Below are positions 5,897 through 6,163 of a DNA stretch of 6,163 nt, piece after piece. Source of the stretch: a virus. Its lineage: Duplodnaviria > Heunggongvirae > Uroviricota > Caudoviricetes. Under the pieces are notes generated by a model, which worked only from the letters and a program-made list of their open reading frames with translations, was not told the origin of the DNA and did no database searches. The stretch lies in IMG/VR virus record IMGVR_UViG_2778261354_000012; one strand, 5' to 3'. Each line of letters opens with the position of its first letter. Position 1 is the first letter of the stretch. The position numbers were made by a program, and so were the translations under genes.

Positions 5897-6163
5897 CTTT
5901 ATCAATGACTTATCTCCTGACTTCCCGCCTTGCTTTTCCTAAACAGAACAATCGTAGGATATTCTTGAAGGGTTAGATCGTCACTGTTTTCTGTTCGATA
6001 CTGTGACATTCAGCACTTGATTCGCTATGGGTCTGACAGGAAGGTTTCGAGCGAAAATCTACAGTTATTCAGTCGTTTTCTTATCGGTAACCGGCTCATT
6101 TAAACCGTCTGGTCTGTTTCCTCCGGCTCTACAAAAATAATGTCCATCATTTTTAATGGACAC

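Noticed and set aside
5767-5976. 69-aa ORF spanning the tRNA fragment
   Set aside because: It reads straight through the tRNA-Ser 3' fragment (the translation includes the T-arm/acceptor region as ...GSNPPLSAT...), so it is an artefact of ORF calling over an RNA/att element.
1-6163. CRISPR arrays, IS elements, integrase or toxin-antitoxin genes
   Set aside because: I found no regularly spaced direct repeats, terminal inverted repeats, transposase-like ORF or recombinase-like ORF. The only repeat pair is the 47-mer junction sequence, which lacks CRISPR periodicity.

Overview
This window looks like the right-arm end of a lambdoid prophage from an attaching/effacing Escherichia-type genome; I do not see a novel system, but a mosaic, partly decayed effector cargo locus. 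All genes are on the + strand. In order: the last 45 codons of a Lom/Ail-family outer-membrane protein gene (1..138) with a terminator; an apparently intact lambda Stf-like side tail fibre gene (203..1516) containing about 36 collagen-like G-X-Y triplets; a small coupled ORF (1518..1787) that is a paralogue of the Stf C-terminal domain; then an AT-rich cargo region carrying non-LEE type III secretion effector genes. These are an intact NleB-family gene (1964..2944), an NleC N-terminal fragment ended by a stop at 3266..3268 and fused to a decayed tail-fibre-assembly (tfa) 3' remnant (about 3299..3422), an NleH-family gene broken by two compensating single-base frameshifts (3586..4497), and an intact NleF gene (4552..5121). 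The window ends with about 710 bp lacking a convincing ORF and a 62-nt 3' fragment of a tRNA-Ser(CGA) gene (5835..5896), most simply the prophage att core. Family assignments rest on my reading of the translated ORFs and recalled reference sequences; no database search was run.
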